Part shown: positions 16,911 through 25,159 of the stretch, one piece after another
Numbering within the stretch: position 1 is the first letter of the stretch
Layout: each line of letters opens with the position of its first letter
Source: Tannockella kyphosi
GTDB taxonomy: Bacteria > Bacillota_I > Bacilli_A > Erysipelotrichales > Coprobacillaceae
Direction of reading: 5' to 3'
NCBI RefSeq assembly: GCF_021054785.1
Contig: NZ_CP088239.1
Coordinates: 510,001-542,000 of the forward strand
DNA length: 32,000 nt
Program-made: the position numbers and the translations under genes
The notes under the pieces: model-generated
What the model was told of the DNA's origin: nothing
The model's database searches: none
The model's input: only the letters and a program-made list of their open reading frames with translations

Positions 16911-17114
16911 TTATTGAGCAGCAACGTTTTGTGCTTGTGGTCCACGATCAGATTCAACAACGTCGAATTCAACTGCTTGACCTTCTTCTAAAGTTTTGAA
17001 TCCTTCAGCTTTAATTGCAGAGAAGTGAACAAAGATATCTTTGTTATCTTCATCAGCAGTGATGAATCCGAATCCTTTTTCTTGGTTAAACCATTTTACT
17101 TTACCTGTAGCCAT
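16911..17114 (-). CDS. Cold-shock protein (CspA family)
   Basis: 67 aa. [18 protein letters not shown] (RNP1) and DIFVHFSAI (RNP2). Confidence 0.95.
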   Translation of the reverse strand: MATGKVKWFNQEKGFGFITADEDNKDIFVHFSAIKAEGFKTLEEGQAVEFDVVESDRGPQAQNVAAQ

Positions 17115-17355
17115 TTTGGTACCTCCTATAATTTACGCAAAAAGAGATACACTTTATGTTTTTAATATCACAGTATTGGATTATTACATAAAGCGCAAAT
17201 ACAACTCTCGAATACTTGTGATAATTGAAAATTATATTGAAACTTTTGCATCCCTATTGTATCATAGTAGTAGATATAAAGCAAATTAATTATGTAAAAA
17301 TTAAGTATTGTGTGTTTCTTGTTATGTTAATAATTTAAAACCAGAGGAGGTTACT

Positions 17356-17697
17356 ATGCCAGTAATTAGACTATCAGTCAATCGAAAACTTACTTTTCAA
17401 CAACAAATTTCCATTAAAAGAGAGTTAGGAAAAATCATTGAAATTTTGCCAAACAAAACAGAAGAAAAATTAATGCTTCATTTTGAAGAGAACCAAGTTA
17501 TGTACTACAAGGGGGATGAAGAACCTTGTTCTATGACAGAAATCACTTTATTCCAACAATCACCATTAAAGGAAAAGAAAGAGTTTATCGAAGCTTATTC
17601 TAATATGCTGACAACGATCACGAGAATCCCAGCGGATCGACAATATGCTTGTTTTCATGAACATGAGAACTTTGCGAAAGGACCAATGTTCTTATAA
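17356..17697 (+). CDS. MIF/tautomerase-superfamily-like protein
   Basis: The start is ATG 17356 after GAGGAGG. The mature N-terminus is MPVIRLSVN (Pro-1). Its length of about 113 aa and the C-terminal pattern RQYACFHE...FAKGPMF resemble MIF-like tautomerases. By recall only. Confidence 0.45.
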   Translation: MPVIRLSVNRKLTFQQQISIKRELGKIIEILPNKTEEKLMLHFEENQVMYYKGDEEPCSMTEITLFQQSPLKEKKEFIEAYSNMLTTITRIPADRQYACFHEHENFAKGPMFL

Positions 17698-17778
17698 CAA
17701 TCTTGTAAAAAAGATTGTTTTTTTATTTGTATAGTTTTTTTGGTATGGTATAATTAATTGTCATGGAGGGAAAGAAAT

Positions 17779-20700
17779 ATGCTAATTTTAGATAAAGAAA
17801 TAGATAGAATTATTTCAAATAATAGAACGAGATTTATTGCTTCTAGAATCGCTCACAGTGAAGAAATTGCTGAAATATATGTTACTCATGATTTATCAAG
17901 AGATGTATATATTATTCGTTCTAAAGTAGTTGAGCGTGATCAACATATTTGTTATATCGAAATTGATGCTCAAAATAAAGTGATTTATTATGATTGTCAA
18001 TGCTATTTTTGTGACTCATTTAGTGCATGTGCTCATGTTGGAGCAACGTTATATTTACTGCAAGAATTATCACCAAATAGCTTTCCTTTTCATTATAAAA
18101 ATGATGTGATAGAACGTCAGGAAGCAAGAAGACAAGCCTGGTTAGAACATCAAAAAAAGATGGAGTTAGAAAGAAGGCGTGAACTTGCAATTTCAAGACA
18201 AAGTGAATCAAGAGAATTCATTCATTCTTTTTTTCCTAGTATTGAAATACCTAAAAATATAAATAATATGGAATTATTTATCTCTGGTGATTTCAATCGA
18301 CCTATCCCTGCCTTGAAGTTTCAAGTAGGAGATAAAAAGAAATATATTATAAAAGATTATCGTTCTTTTTTATTAAATATAGAAATGAAAAAAGAAGTGG
18401 CTTATGGTAAAAAATTAAGTTTTATACATGATTATGAATGTTTTGAACCTGAGTCACAAAAAATAATTGATTTTTTAAGAGAAATTAGTGTTTTTCCAGT
18501 TGATCAATATGCATATGAACGCGACAAACTAGTGTACTTTACAGAAGATACTGTCGATTTGATATTTGATTTTTTAGTTGATTTAGAGGATAGTTATTTT
18601 GATTTTGGTATATTAGAACAAACTTTAAAACCAACCATTCATTTTGATAAGGAAAGTGAATTCTATAATATATATAGTAGTATGGGTGAAGAAAATAGTG
18701 AAATGATTATTGGAAATAAATACTGCTATATAGTTGATAATTATACGATGAAAAGAATTATTTTTGGTCATCATGAAAAAACATTTAGGCTATTTAAGAA
18801 GTTATATTTTGAATCAATTTATTTATTAGAAGAAGATAAAGAATCTTTTAACCAGTTTGTATTATCAGATATCTTGGATTCAGTAATTGTTAGTGGTATG
18901 GAGATAACTCCATCGAATGACTTTGAATGGAATAGAGAGTTATATGGTGATATGGATGAGAATGGTGATATTTCTATGCTGTTAAAAACACACTTACCAG
19001 ATGGGACAATCATAGAAGGCTATGATGTTCCAATGGAAAAACGCTCTGCAACATTACAAACTGTTATGAATCATTTAGACAGCTATAGTGATTATAAACA
19101 AAAGGGAATTTATTATTTTGATTCTAATAAAGAAAAAGGATACGAATTTGTACATGCTCATTTACCAATGTTAGCACCTTATGTAGATATATATGTAAGT
19201 GATGCTATTGATTCATTGAAACAAGCAAAAAAAGTTTCTTTCCAAGTAGGTGTAACAATTAAGAATGATTTATTAGAAATTGATGTTGATTCAATAGATA
19301 TTCCAAAAGATGAATTAGAGGCAGTTCTAGATACTTATAAACGAAAAAGAAAATATCATAAATTAAAAAACGGACAAGTTATTACCATGGATTCAACAGG
19401 ATTTAATAATTTAGAAGAAATGTTCACAAAATATGATGTAAATATGAAAGATTTTCATGATGGAAAAACAAATATTCCTATGTACCGTGCATTTTCTTTA
19501 GAAGATGCAAATAATTCAAAATATTTGCAATATAATCGTAGTGAAACCTTTAAAGAAGTTATGAAAAACTTAACAGAAACCAAAAAAGAAGAACTAACTA
19601 TTAAAGATCAATATATAAATGTACTTAGAGAATATCAAACAGCAGGAGTGCAATGGTTATATACGTTACAAAATTATCATTTTAATGGTATTTTAGCAGA
19701 TGATATGGGATTAGGAAAAACATTACAGGCTATTGCATTATTAGATAGTCATCATACAGGGACCTCTTTGGTAATTGCACCAGCTTCATTGTTATTAAAT
19801 TGGCAGGATGAGGTTCAAAAATTTGCACCAGATTTACATATTGAAGTTATCCATGGATCCAAACAAGCTCGTAAACATATCATTTTGCAATCTATGAATT
19901 ATGATATCCTTATTACTTCTTATGATTATATTCGTCGAGATGTTGATTTATATCAAGATATTCAGTTTGAATATGTTATTTTAGATGAAGCCCAATATAT
20001 AAAAAATCCAAAAACAAAGAATGCTCAGTCTGTTAAAAAACTAACTTCAAAACATCGACTTGTTTTAACAGGTACACCAATTGAAAACTCTTTAGCAGAA
20101 TTGTGGTCTATTTTTGATTTCTTAATGAAAGGTTATCTATATTCTTATAGTCATTTTCAAAAGAACTTTGAAATACCAATAGTGAAAGAAAAAAATCTAA
20201 AAGTACAAGAAGAATTGAAAAAATTAATTACTCCTTTTGTATTACGTAGAACTAAAAAAGAAGTTTTAACAGAATTACCAGATAAAATAGAAAAAACAAT
20301 TACAATTGAATTCAATGATGCACAACATAAACTATATCTTGCTAATTTAATGCAGGTTAATGAAAATTTACAAACACAACTTAAGGTTGATAATGTAAAT
20401 AAAATACAGATTCTTTCGATGCTAACAAGATTACGACAAATATGTTGTGATCCAAGATTAGTTTATGAAAATATGGATTATACATCTAGCAAAATGGATG
20501 CTTGTTTAGAATTGATCGATACATTAAGGCAAAACAATAAGAAAATCTTATTATTTTCCTCTTTTACTTCATTATTGGACTTACTTCAAATAGAACTTGA
20601 TAAAAGAAATATCTCTTATTGTGTATTAACTGGTAGTGTTGATAAAGTAAAAAGAAGAGAATTGGTAAATAAATTCCAAGAAGATGATACAACTATTTTC

Positions 20701-20997
20701 CTTATTTCTTTAAAAGCAGGGGGAACAGGATTGAATCTTACGGCTGCGGAAGCTGTTATTCATTTTGATCCTTGGTGGAATGTTTCTGCCCAAAATCAAG
20801 CAACAGATCGTGCTCATCGAATTGGTCAAAATAATGTAGTAGAAGTGTTTAAGCTAATAATGGATGGTTCTATCGAACAAAAAATAGCAGCCCTCCAAGC
20901 TCAAAAGAAAGATTTAGCAGATGCATTTGTAGAAGGGAATGAAGGCTCTATTAGTGCAATGACTTCTCAAGATATTATTGATTTATTTCAACCCTAG
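17779..20997 (+). CDS. SNF2-family helicase/ATPase with an N-terminal SWIM zinc finger
   Basis: The start is ATG 17779 (RBS GGAGGGA). SWIM CQCYFCDSFSACAHV. Helicase motif I LADDMGLGKT, motif II ILDEAQYIKN, TGTPIEN, and C-terminal LKAGGTGLNLTAAEAVIHFDPWWN...QATDRAHRIGQ. Confidence 0.92.
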   Translation: MLILDKEIDRIISNNRTRFIASRIAHSEEIAEIYVTHDLSRDVYIIRSKVVERDQHICYIEIDAQNKVIYYDCQCYFCDSFSACAHVGATLYLLQELSPNSFPFHYKNDVIERQEARRQAWLEHQKKMELERRRELAISRQSESREFIHSFFPSIEIPKNINNMELFISGDFNRPIPALKFQVGDKKKYIIKDYRSFLLNIEMKKEVAYGKKLSFIHDYECFEPESQKIIDFLREISVFPVDQYAYERDKLVYFTEDTVDLIFDFLVDLEDSYFDFGILEQTLKPTIHFDKESEFYNIYSSMGEENSEMIIGNKYCYIVDNYTMKRIIFGHHEKTFRLFKKLYFESIYLLEEDKESFNQFVLSDILDSVIVSGMEITPSNDFEWNRELYGDMDENGDISMLLKTHLPDGTIIEGYDVPMEKRSATLQTVMNHLDSYSDYKQKGIYYFDSNKEKGYEFVHAHLPMLAPYVDIYVSDAIDSLKQAKKVSFQVGVTIKNDLLEIDVDSIDIPKDELEAVLDTYKRKRKYHKLKNGQVITMDSTGFNNLEEMFTKYDVNMKDFHDGKTNIPMYRAFSLEDANNSKYLQYNRSETFKEVMKNLTETKKEELTIKDQYINVLREYQTAGVQWLYTLQNYHFNGILADDMGLGKTLQAIALLDSHHTGTSLVIAPASLLLNWQDEVQKFAPDLHIEVIHGSKQARKHIILQSMNYDILITSYDYIRRDVDLYQDIQFEYVILDEAQYIKNPKTKNAQSVKKLTSKHRLVLTGTPIENSLAELWSIFDFLMKGYLYSYSHFQKNFEIPIVKEKNLKVQEELKKLITPFVLRRTKKEVLTELPDKIEKTITIEFNDAQHKLYLANLMQVNENLQTQLKVDNVNKIQILSMLTRLRQICCDPRLVYENMDYTSSKMDACLELIDTLRQNNKKILLFSSFTSLLDLLQIELDKRNISYCVLTGSVDKVKRRELVNKFQEDDTTIFLISLKAGGTGLNLTAAEAVIHFDPWWNVSAQNQATDRAHRIGQNNVVEVFKLIMDGSIEQKIAALQAQKKDLADAFVEGNEGSISAMTSQDIIDLFQP

Positions 20998-21025
20998 AAC
21001 TGGTTTATTACTGGTTCTTTTTTTC
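20996..21025 (+). terminator. Terminator after the SNF2 gene
   Basis: AGAACTGGT (20996-21004) / ACTGGTTCT (21010-21018) with two G-U pairs, followed by a T-run. Confidence 0.55.
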
Positions 21026-21094
21026 TTTCTTTTTTTTAAAAAAGTTCTTTACAAAGTGTTGTGATTACTATATACTAAATCTTGCAGTAACGAT

Positions 21095-21171
21095 GGCGGT
21101 TGTGGTGAAGTGGTTAACACATCAGATTGTGGCTCTGACATTCGTGGGTTCGATTCCCATCAGTCGCCCCA
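21095..21171 (+). tRNA. tRNA-His (anticodon GTG) with the extra 5' G(-1), CCA encoded
   Basis: GGCGGTTGTGGTGAAGTGGTTAACACATCAGATTGTGGCTCTGACATTCGTGGGTTCGATTCCCATCAGTCGCCCCA. The anticodon loop is TTGTGGC. It is near-identical in layout to Bacillus tRNA-His as I recall it. Confidence 0.93.
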
Positions 21172-21184
21172 TTTTAAAATGACG

Positions 21185-21216
21185 AACAGTAGATGAATAA
21201 ATCTACTGTTTTTATT
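21185..21216 (+). terminator. tRNA-His terminator hairpin, abutting the recombinase gene stop
   Basis: AACAGTAGAT (21185-21194) / ATCTACTGTT (21201-21210), a 10-bp perfect stem, then TTTTATTTT. Confidence 0.75.
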
Positions 21217-22537
21217 TTGTTTTTATGCGAATTTCCGTGAGGTTGTTTGGTGGAATCGTTATAAATGCGATTACCTTGTCTATATAATCTTTTCGATTGT
21301 TTTTTGCAATCTGTCCTATTGTTAAAACCCGTCCTGCAGCTAGTAGGGCTTTTTTTTGTTGTAGGATCTTTTTTTGTTCATTGTAGAGTGGAGTAGTGAG
21401 AATAATGTATTGTTCGGGATTATATGCTCCTAGGACGTATTTTTTTTTTATCTTTGATAGTTTCATAGTATAGTTTTTATATTCTCTTTCTAAAGCAATT
21501 AAAGTATTATCAAAATTTGTGATTTCTAGTTCCCGACTATCGATTTGTATTATTATCTTATTTTCGCTAATAATTGATTTACAGGGCTTACACTGATAAT
21601 AGTGATATTTGTTGCCTAGATGGTTTGTTCCATGCGTACAGGTCATTATATTGCCACAAGAGCAATATATCTTCCCTGCAAATAAATAATTAGATTTCTT
21701 ACGTATTTTTTTGTTAAGTATTTTTTGTGCTGCATCATATTCTTCTTTTGTAATGATGGCTGGTACTATGGCTTTATATACTTCTTTTTTGTACGTTAAT
21801 TTTCCTGTGTAGCGTTCATTTGTCAGAATACGTCTTATAAATGTTGTCGTAAATTTCGACTTGTTATGAGTGATATTGAGCATTTTACTGATGTCTTCTA
21901 GCTTTGTGTGGTTGATAAATTGGTGATAGATTGATTGAATCACTTCCTTTTCTTTTGTAACGATTACTAGTGTATTATCTTGGCTTCTTCGATAACCATA
22001 CATCATTTTGCCACCATAAGGATACTTTCCAGATCTAGCAACTTGAACTAATCCATCATTTGTTCGTTCAATTATTTTTTCTCTCTCATATTGATTTACA
22101 GCCATTTTGATATTCGTACTAAACCTTCCTGATGCGGATAGTATCGATATATCGTCATGAATACATTAAATAGATATATTATTTTCCTGCAGTAAATTCA
22201 AAAACTGTATACCATCACTAATATTTCTTGATATTCTTGAAAAATCATATGCAACTAGGTAATCAATTTGTTGTTCATTGATTTGTTGCATGACCTGTGT
22301 TATTCCTGGTCTTGATAGAGATGATCCGCTATAACCATCATCTATAAAAAATTGAATTTCTTTAGATGATTTTATTAATTGATTGACTTTGCAGTAGCGA
22401 AGTATCTGATCTTTTTGCATTTCGATAGAAACACCTTCCTCTGCTTGTTTTACTGTACTCACTCGTACATAACCGATAATATTCATTGTTCCACTAACAT
22501 AGATTATTCTATGCCCTCTCTTTTTGTTTTCATGCAT
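21212..22537 (-). pseudogene. Large serine recombinase interrupted by a single in-frame TAA
   Basis: The N-terminal piece is MNIIGYVRVSTVKQ...IDDGYSGSS...DYLVAYDFSRISRN (resolvase catalytic domain, nucleophile Ser in RVST). The TAA is at 22166-22168. The same frame continues as CIHDDISILSASGRFSTNIKMAVNQYEREKIIERTNDG (E-helix) into the recombinase and zinc-ribbon region (CSCG...CTHG...YYQCKPC). The two track ORFs differ by 432 nt, a multiple of 3. Confidence 0.85.
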
Positions 22538-22544
22538 TATACAA

Positions 22545-22570
22545 TAAAAAAAAGACTGATTAACAGTCTT
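22545..22570 (-). terminator. Terminator copy 1 of the AAGACTG/CAGTCTT family (after Fic-1)
   Basis: On the minus strand AAGACTG TTAAT CAGTCTT is followed by TTTTTTTT. The stem spans 22552-22558 / 22564-22570 and overlaps the Fic stop codon. Confidence 0.75.
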
Positions 22571-23664
22571 TATGAGCGGATAATATCTAATAAGTCACTA
22601 AAGTAATAGCGTTTATTACGTTTTTGTTGGGAAGGGAAGATAATCTCTAATTCAGTAAGTGTTTGAATATAGGTACGGATAGTTGTTTCTTTAATACCTG
22701 TTTCTTTTGAAAGTGTCTTACAAGTGAATATTGGTATTTGAAAAATAGCATCTATAATTTTATCCGTATTTAAACTATTTATTTCTGCTTTTAATTTTTT
22801 ATCAACTACACTTCTTAATGATTCTAGCTGATCTATAAATTGAATGTCTCGTTGACATTGTTTAGAAATACTGTCTAGGAAAAACTTAATCCATTTGCTG
22901 TAACCCACAGATGTGTTTGCTCTTGTACCTTGAAGGTAATTATAATATTTTTGTTTATTTCTTTCTAACTCTTGGCTTAAAAAGAAGCATGGAACCTGGA
23001 TTTCATGTTCTTTAAAAAGATATAGAGGGATTAACACTCTGCCTACACGACCATTTCCATCTGGAAAAGGGTGGATTGTTTCAAACTGAGCATGGATTAG
23101 GGCTACCTTGATAATAGCGGGTAAATTTAGTTTGTCGAACTCCTCTTCATTCATATATCTTTCTAAGTTTCCCATTAGATCAGGAACATCAATTGCTTTT
23201 GGTGGTGTGTGTTCTCCAACTTTGTTTTGCTGATGACGAAACTCACCGGCTTGAAAATTTGAATTTTTACGAATATCTCCACTTAGTAATGTATGATGCA
23301 GCTGCTTAATATCCTTGTTTGTAATAAGCTTTGTTGCAGTTACAAAGCGAATACCCTGGTCTAAAGCTTCTTTATATCGTTGTACTTCTTGTACATCTGA
23401 TGAACTTTTTGTGGTAGTTGTATCAATGTCAGATTCATACACTTCATCAATAGTAGTGTGTGTTCCCTCAATTTTGGTAGAATAGAAAGATTCTGTTTGA
23501 ATTAGATGTTTAAATGAATACATAGCACTAACTTTATTGCTAGATAGTTTTGTATCTAATTTTGCTAAAGCTCTAGCTGCTTCGCCATATTCGTTGAAAA
23601 AACTAGCTGTATCAATTAACTCTTTATTAAAAGGGAATTTTATTGCATCAAATGGAATTGTCAT
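22570..23664 (-). CDS. Fic-family protein (class II, N-terminal inhibitory helix; C-terminal winged-HTH-like region)
   Basis: 364 aa. Inhibitory motif STKIEG (S/TxxxE[G/N]). Fic motif HPFPDGNGRVGR. The C-terminal ~70 aa (KTLSKETGIKETTIRTYIQTLTELEII) looks like a wHTH. RBS AAGGAGGA. Confidence 0.9.
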   Translation of the reverse strand: MTIPFDAIKFPFNKELIDTASFFNEYGEAARALAKLDTKLSSNKVSAMYSFKHLIQTESFYSTKIEGTHTTIDEVYESDIDTTTTKSSSDVQEVQRYKEALDQGIRFVTATKLITNKDIKQLHHTLLSGDIRKNSNFQAGEFRHQQNKVGEHTPPKAIDVPDLMGNLERYMNEEEFDKLNLPAIIKVALIHAQFETIHPFPDGNGRVGRVLIPLYLFKEHEIQVPCFFLSQELERNKQKYYNYLQGTRANTSVGYSKWIKFFLDSISKQCQRDIQFIDQLESLRSVVDKKLKAEINSLNTDKIIDAIFQIPIFTCKTLSKETGIKETTIRTYIQTLTELEIIFPSQQKRNKRYYFSDLLDIIRS

Positions 23665-23766
23665 TGTTAATTCCTCCTTACTTTAGCATAGTATAACACG
23701 TCTTTTTATCTCTTACAACATATTATTGTATGTTTTTTGTAGTATAAATATCATTTTACATGTATA

Positions 23767-23807
23767 TTATACTCGATATAGTAAAAAATATACTATACCG
23801 AGTATAA
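23767..23807. promoter_or_regulatory. Long inverted repeat upstream of Fic-1 (candidate operator overlapping a -10-like TATAAT)
   Basis: TTATACTCGATATAGT (23767-23782) and ACTATACCGAGTATAA (23792-23807). The arms match at 15 of 16 positions with a 9-nt spacer. The minus-strand reading contains CGAGTATAAT. Confidence 0.5.
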
Positions 23808-23831
23808 TAAAAAAGACTGCAAAACAGTCTT
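23806..23831 (-). terminator. Terminator copy 2 of the AAGACTG/CAGTCTT family (after the 149-aa ORF)
   Basis: Stem 23813-23819 / 23825-23831, loop CAAAA, with an A-run on the plus strand (a T-run on the minus strand). Confidence 0.75.
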
Positions 23832-23839
23832 TGGATAAA

Positions 23840-24274
23840 TTATTTATTTTTACTATCATCATTATCTTTTTTTGGACTCTGATCATGTAGTATTGCAACT
23901 TGTACTTTTGGTACATTAGGTTGTGCTTCTGGATTATTATAATACGATCTTTTCTTTTTTAGTTTATTTTCAGTGTAAATCTTTTTTCTATGAAGATATG
24001 CATACCAGATATTCATACAGTTAGCAGCACGATCATCTACATCTTTACAATCGATACGAGAAAAGCAAACACCAGATACATTCACAGTAAGAGGATTGTC
24101 TTCGACTATTTCTTCTACACGACCTAATGATATATTTGCTCCACCTTTGTTTTCTACTAAAAAATATTCACCAATTTGGATGTCTCGAAAAGGGCATAAA
24201 AACAGATATTCTTTTTGTCCTGGTCTAATAGGTAGACGAATGTTTCTTTTATATTTTATTTTTACTAATGGCAT
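23840..24274 (-). CDS. Hypothetical protein (~144 aa): beta-rich N-terminal part and a basic, disordered-looking tail
   Basis: The preferred start is MPLVKIKYK (ATG at 24272-24274) after GGGAGGA. It has its own terminator. No motif was recognised. The C-terminus KKKRSYYNNPEAQPNVPK...SPKKDNDDSKNK is low complexity. Confidence 0.55.
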   Translation of the reverse strand: MPLVKIKYKRNIRLPIRPGQKEYLFLCPFRDIQIGEYFLVENKGGANISLGRVEEIVEDNPLTVNVSGVCFSRIDCKDVDDRAANCMNIWYAYLHRKKIYTENKLKKKRSYYNNPEAQPNVPKVQVAILHDQSPKKDNDDSKNK

Positions 24275-24353
24275 AATTATTCCTCCCAATAAATATATTC
24301 TACCATGAATTTTAAAACCGGTATACTAAGATTCCAGAAGTTTAGTTTTACAT

Positions 24354-24379
24354 AATAAAAAAGACTGTTTAACAGTCTT
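24354..24379 (-). terminator. Terminator copy 3 of the AAGACTG/CAGTCTT family (after yafQ)
   Basis: Stem 24361-24367 / 24373-24379, loop TTTAA, overlapping the yafQ stop. Confidence 0.75.
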
Positions 24380-24656
24380 AAAACAAATCGCTATGTGTAC
24401 CTGTTCTAGTTAAATATAGAATCACTTCCTCGTTTGAAATTTCATAAACAAGCAACCAATCAGGGGTAATGTGACATTCTCTACACCCAACATAGTTACC
24501 GATTAAAATATGATCTTTGTATTTTTCGGGTAAAGATTGACCACTTGCAAGTAAATCAACCACCTCTGCTAAAAGAGATATGTTATATCCTCTTTTTTTT
24601 GCTAGTTTCAAATCTTTTTTGAACTTTGTTGTTTGAACAAGGTTGTATTTACTCAT
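24378..24656 (-). CDS. yafQ: Type II toxin, YafQ/RelE family mRNA interferase
   Basis: 92 aa. TTKFKKDLKLAKKRGYNISLL...LPEKYKDHILIGNYVGCRECHITPDWLLVYEI...LYLTRTGTHSDLF is the YafQ pattern. It overlaps the upstream antitoxin gene by 8 nt. Confidence 0.88.
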   Translation of the reverse strand: MSKYNLVQTTKFKKDLKLAKKRGYNISLLAEVVDLLASGQSLPEKYKDHILIGNYVGCRECHITPDWLLVYEISNEEVILYLTRTGTHSDLF

Positions 24657-24909
24657 CTTCTAATTCCTCTAGTATCTCGTTGAATGAAGAATATAATTTT
24701 TTATTCGGATTTTTTTTCAACTGCTCTACTTCTTCGATTGCTTGAATAGTGTCAATATTTGGAGTTCCTAGTTTAATAACGTTTTGCATATAACGCACCA
24801 TATTCCCTTTCACATTTTCGCCATTCGCTGATACGATACTCTTATAAGCATTATAAACAGCACGATCCATTGTAAATGAACAAGTGATTGAATTATTATT
24901 CTTTTCCAT
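24649..24909 (-). CDS. dinJ: Type II antitoxin, RelB/DinJ family
   Basis: 86 aa. N-terminal RHH-like SFTMDRAVYNAYKSIVSANGENVKGNMVRYMQNVI. Position and overlap with yafQ support the call. RBS AAGGAGGGGA. Confidence 0.8.
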   Translation of the reverse strand: MEKNNNSITCSFTMDRAVYNAYKSIVSANGENVKGNMVRYMQNVIKLGTPNIDTIQAIEEVEQLKKNPNKKLYSSFNEILEELEDE

Positions 24910-24932
24910 AATTTCCCCTCCTTAACGTACTT

Positions 24933-24949
24933 AGTTTACTTAGTAAACT
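24933..24949. promoter_or_regulatory. Palindrome upstream of dinJ-yafQ (candidate autoregulatory operator)
   Basis: AGTTTACT T AGTAAACT with 8-bp perfect arms, embedded in the direct repeats ACTTAGT..ACTTAGT, about 25 nt upstream of the dinJ start on the minus strand. Confidence 0.5.
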
Positions 24950-25159
24950 ATGTTATATACTCAGTATATTCTTTTTTGACTTTTTTGTCAATGATTTGCA
25001 GAGTGATACAAAGATAAAGGCATTGCTATTTGGAGACTTTTGTAAAACTAAAACATTAGCACAAACTGGAAGTATACCCAGGACAGTTTCTAATACATTA
25101 TCAACTTCGTTTATATGAAAATGTGAAGGGAGATATGGTATAATCTATTTTGAAAGGAC

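Noticed and set aside
7277-22168. Possibility that the three in-frame TAA codons (7277, 9157, 22166) reflect stop-codon reassignment or programmed read-through.
   Set aside because: TAA is plainly used as the normal terminator of many well-defined housekeeping genes here, including mutS2, murI, the integrase and aroF. TGA and TAG also terminate genes (yqfC, the AAA+ gene). TGG encodes Trp at conserved positions. All three affected genes are mobility or defence genes with other signs of decay. AT-biased point mutation is the simpler explanation.
24960-25135. Possible remnant of an HTH/Xre-type gene between the dinJ promoter and Fic-2 (a frame reading ...KTLAQTGSIPRTVSNTLSTSFI).
   Set aside because: It is too short, has no start or RBS, and the HTH-like resemblance is weak. 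It cannot be supported without a database search.
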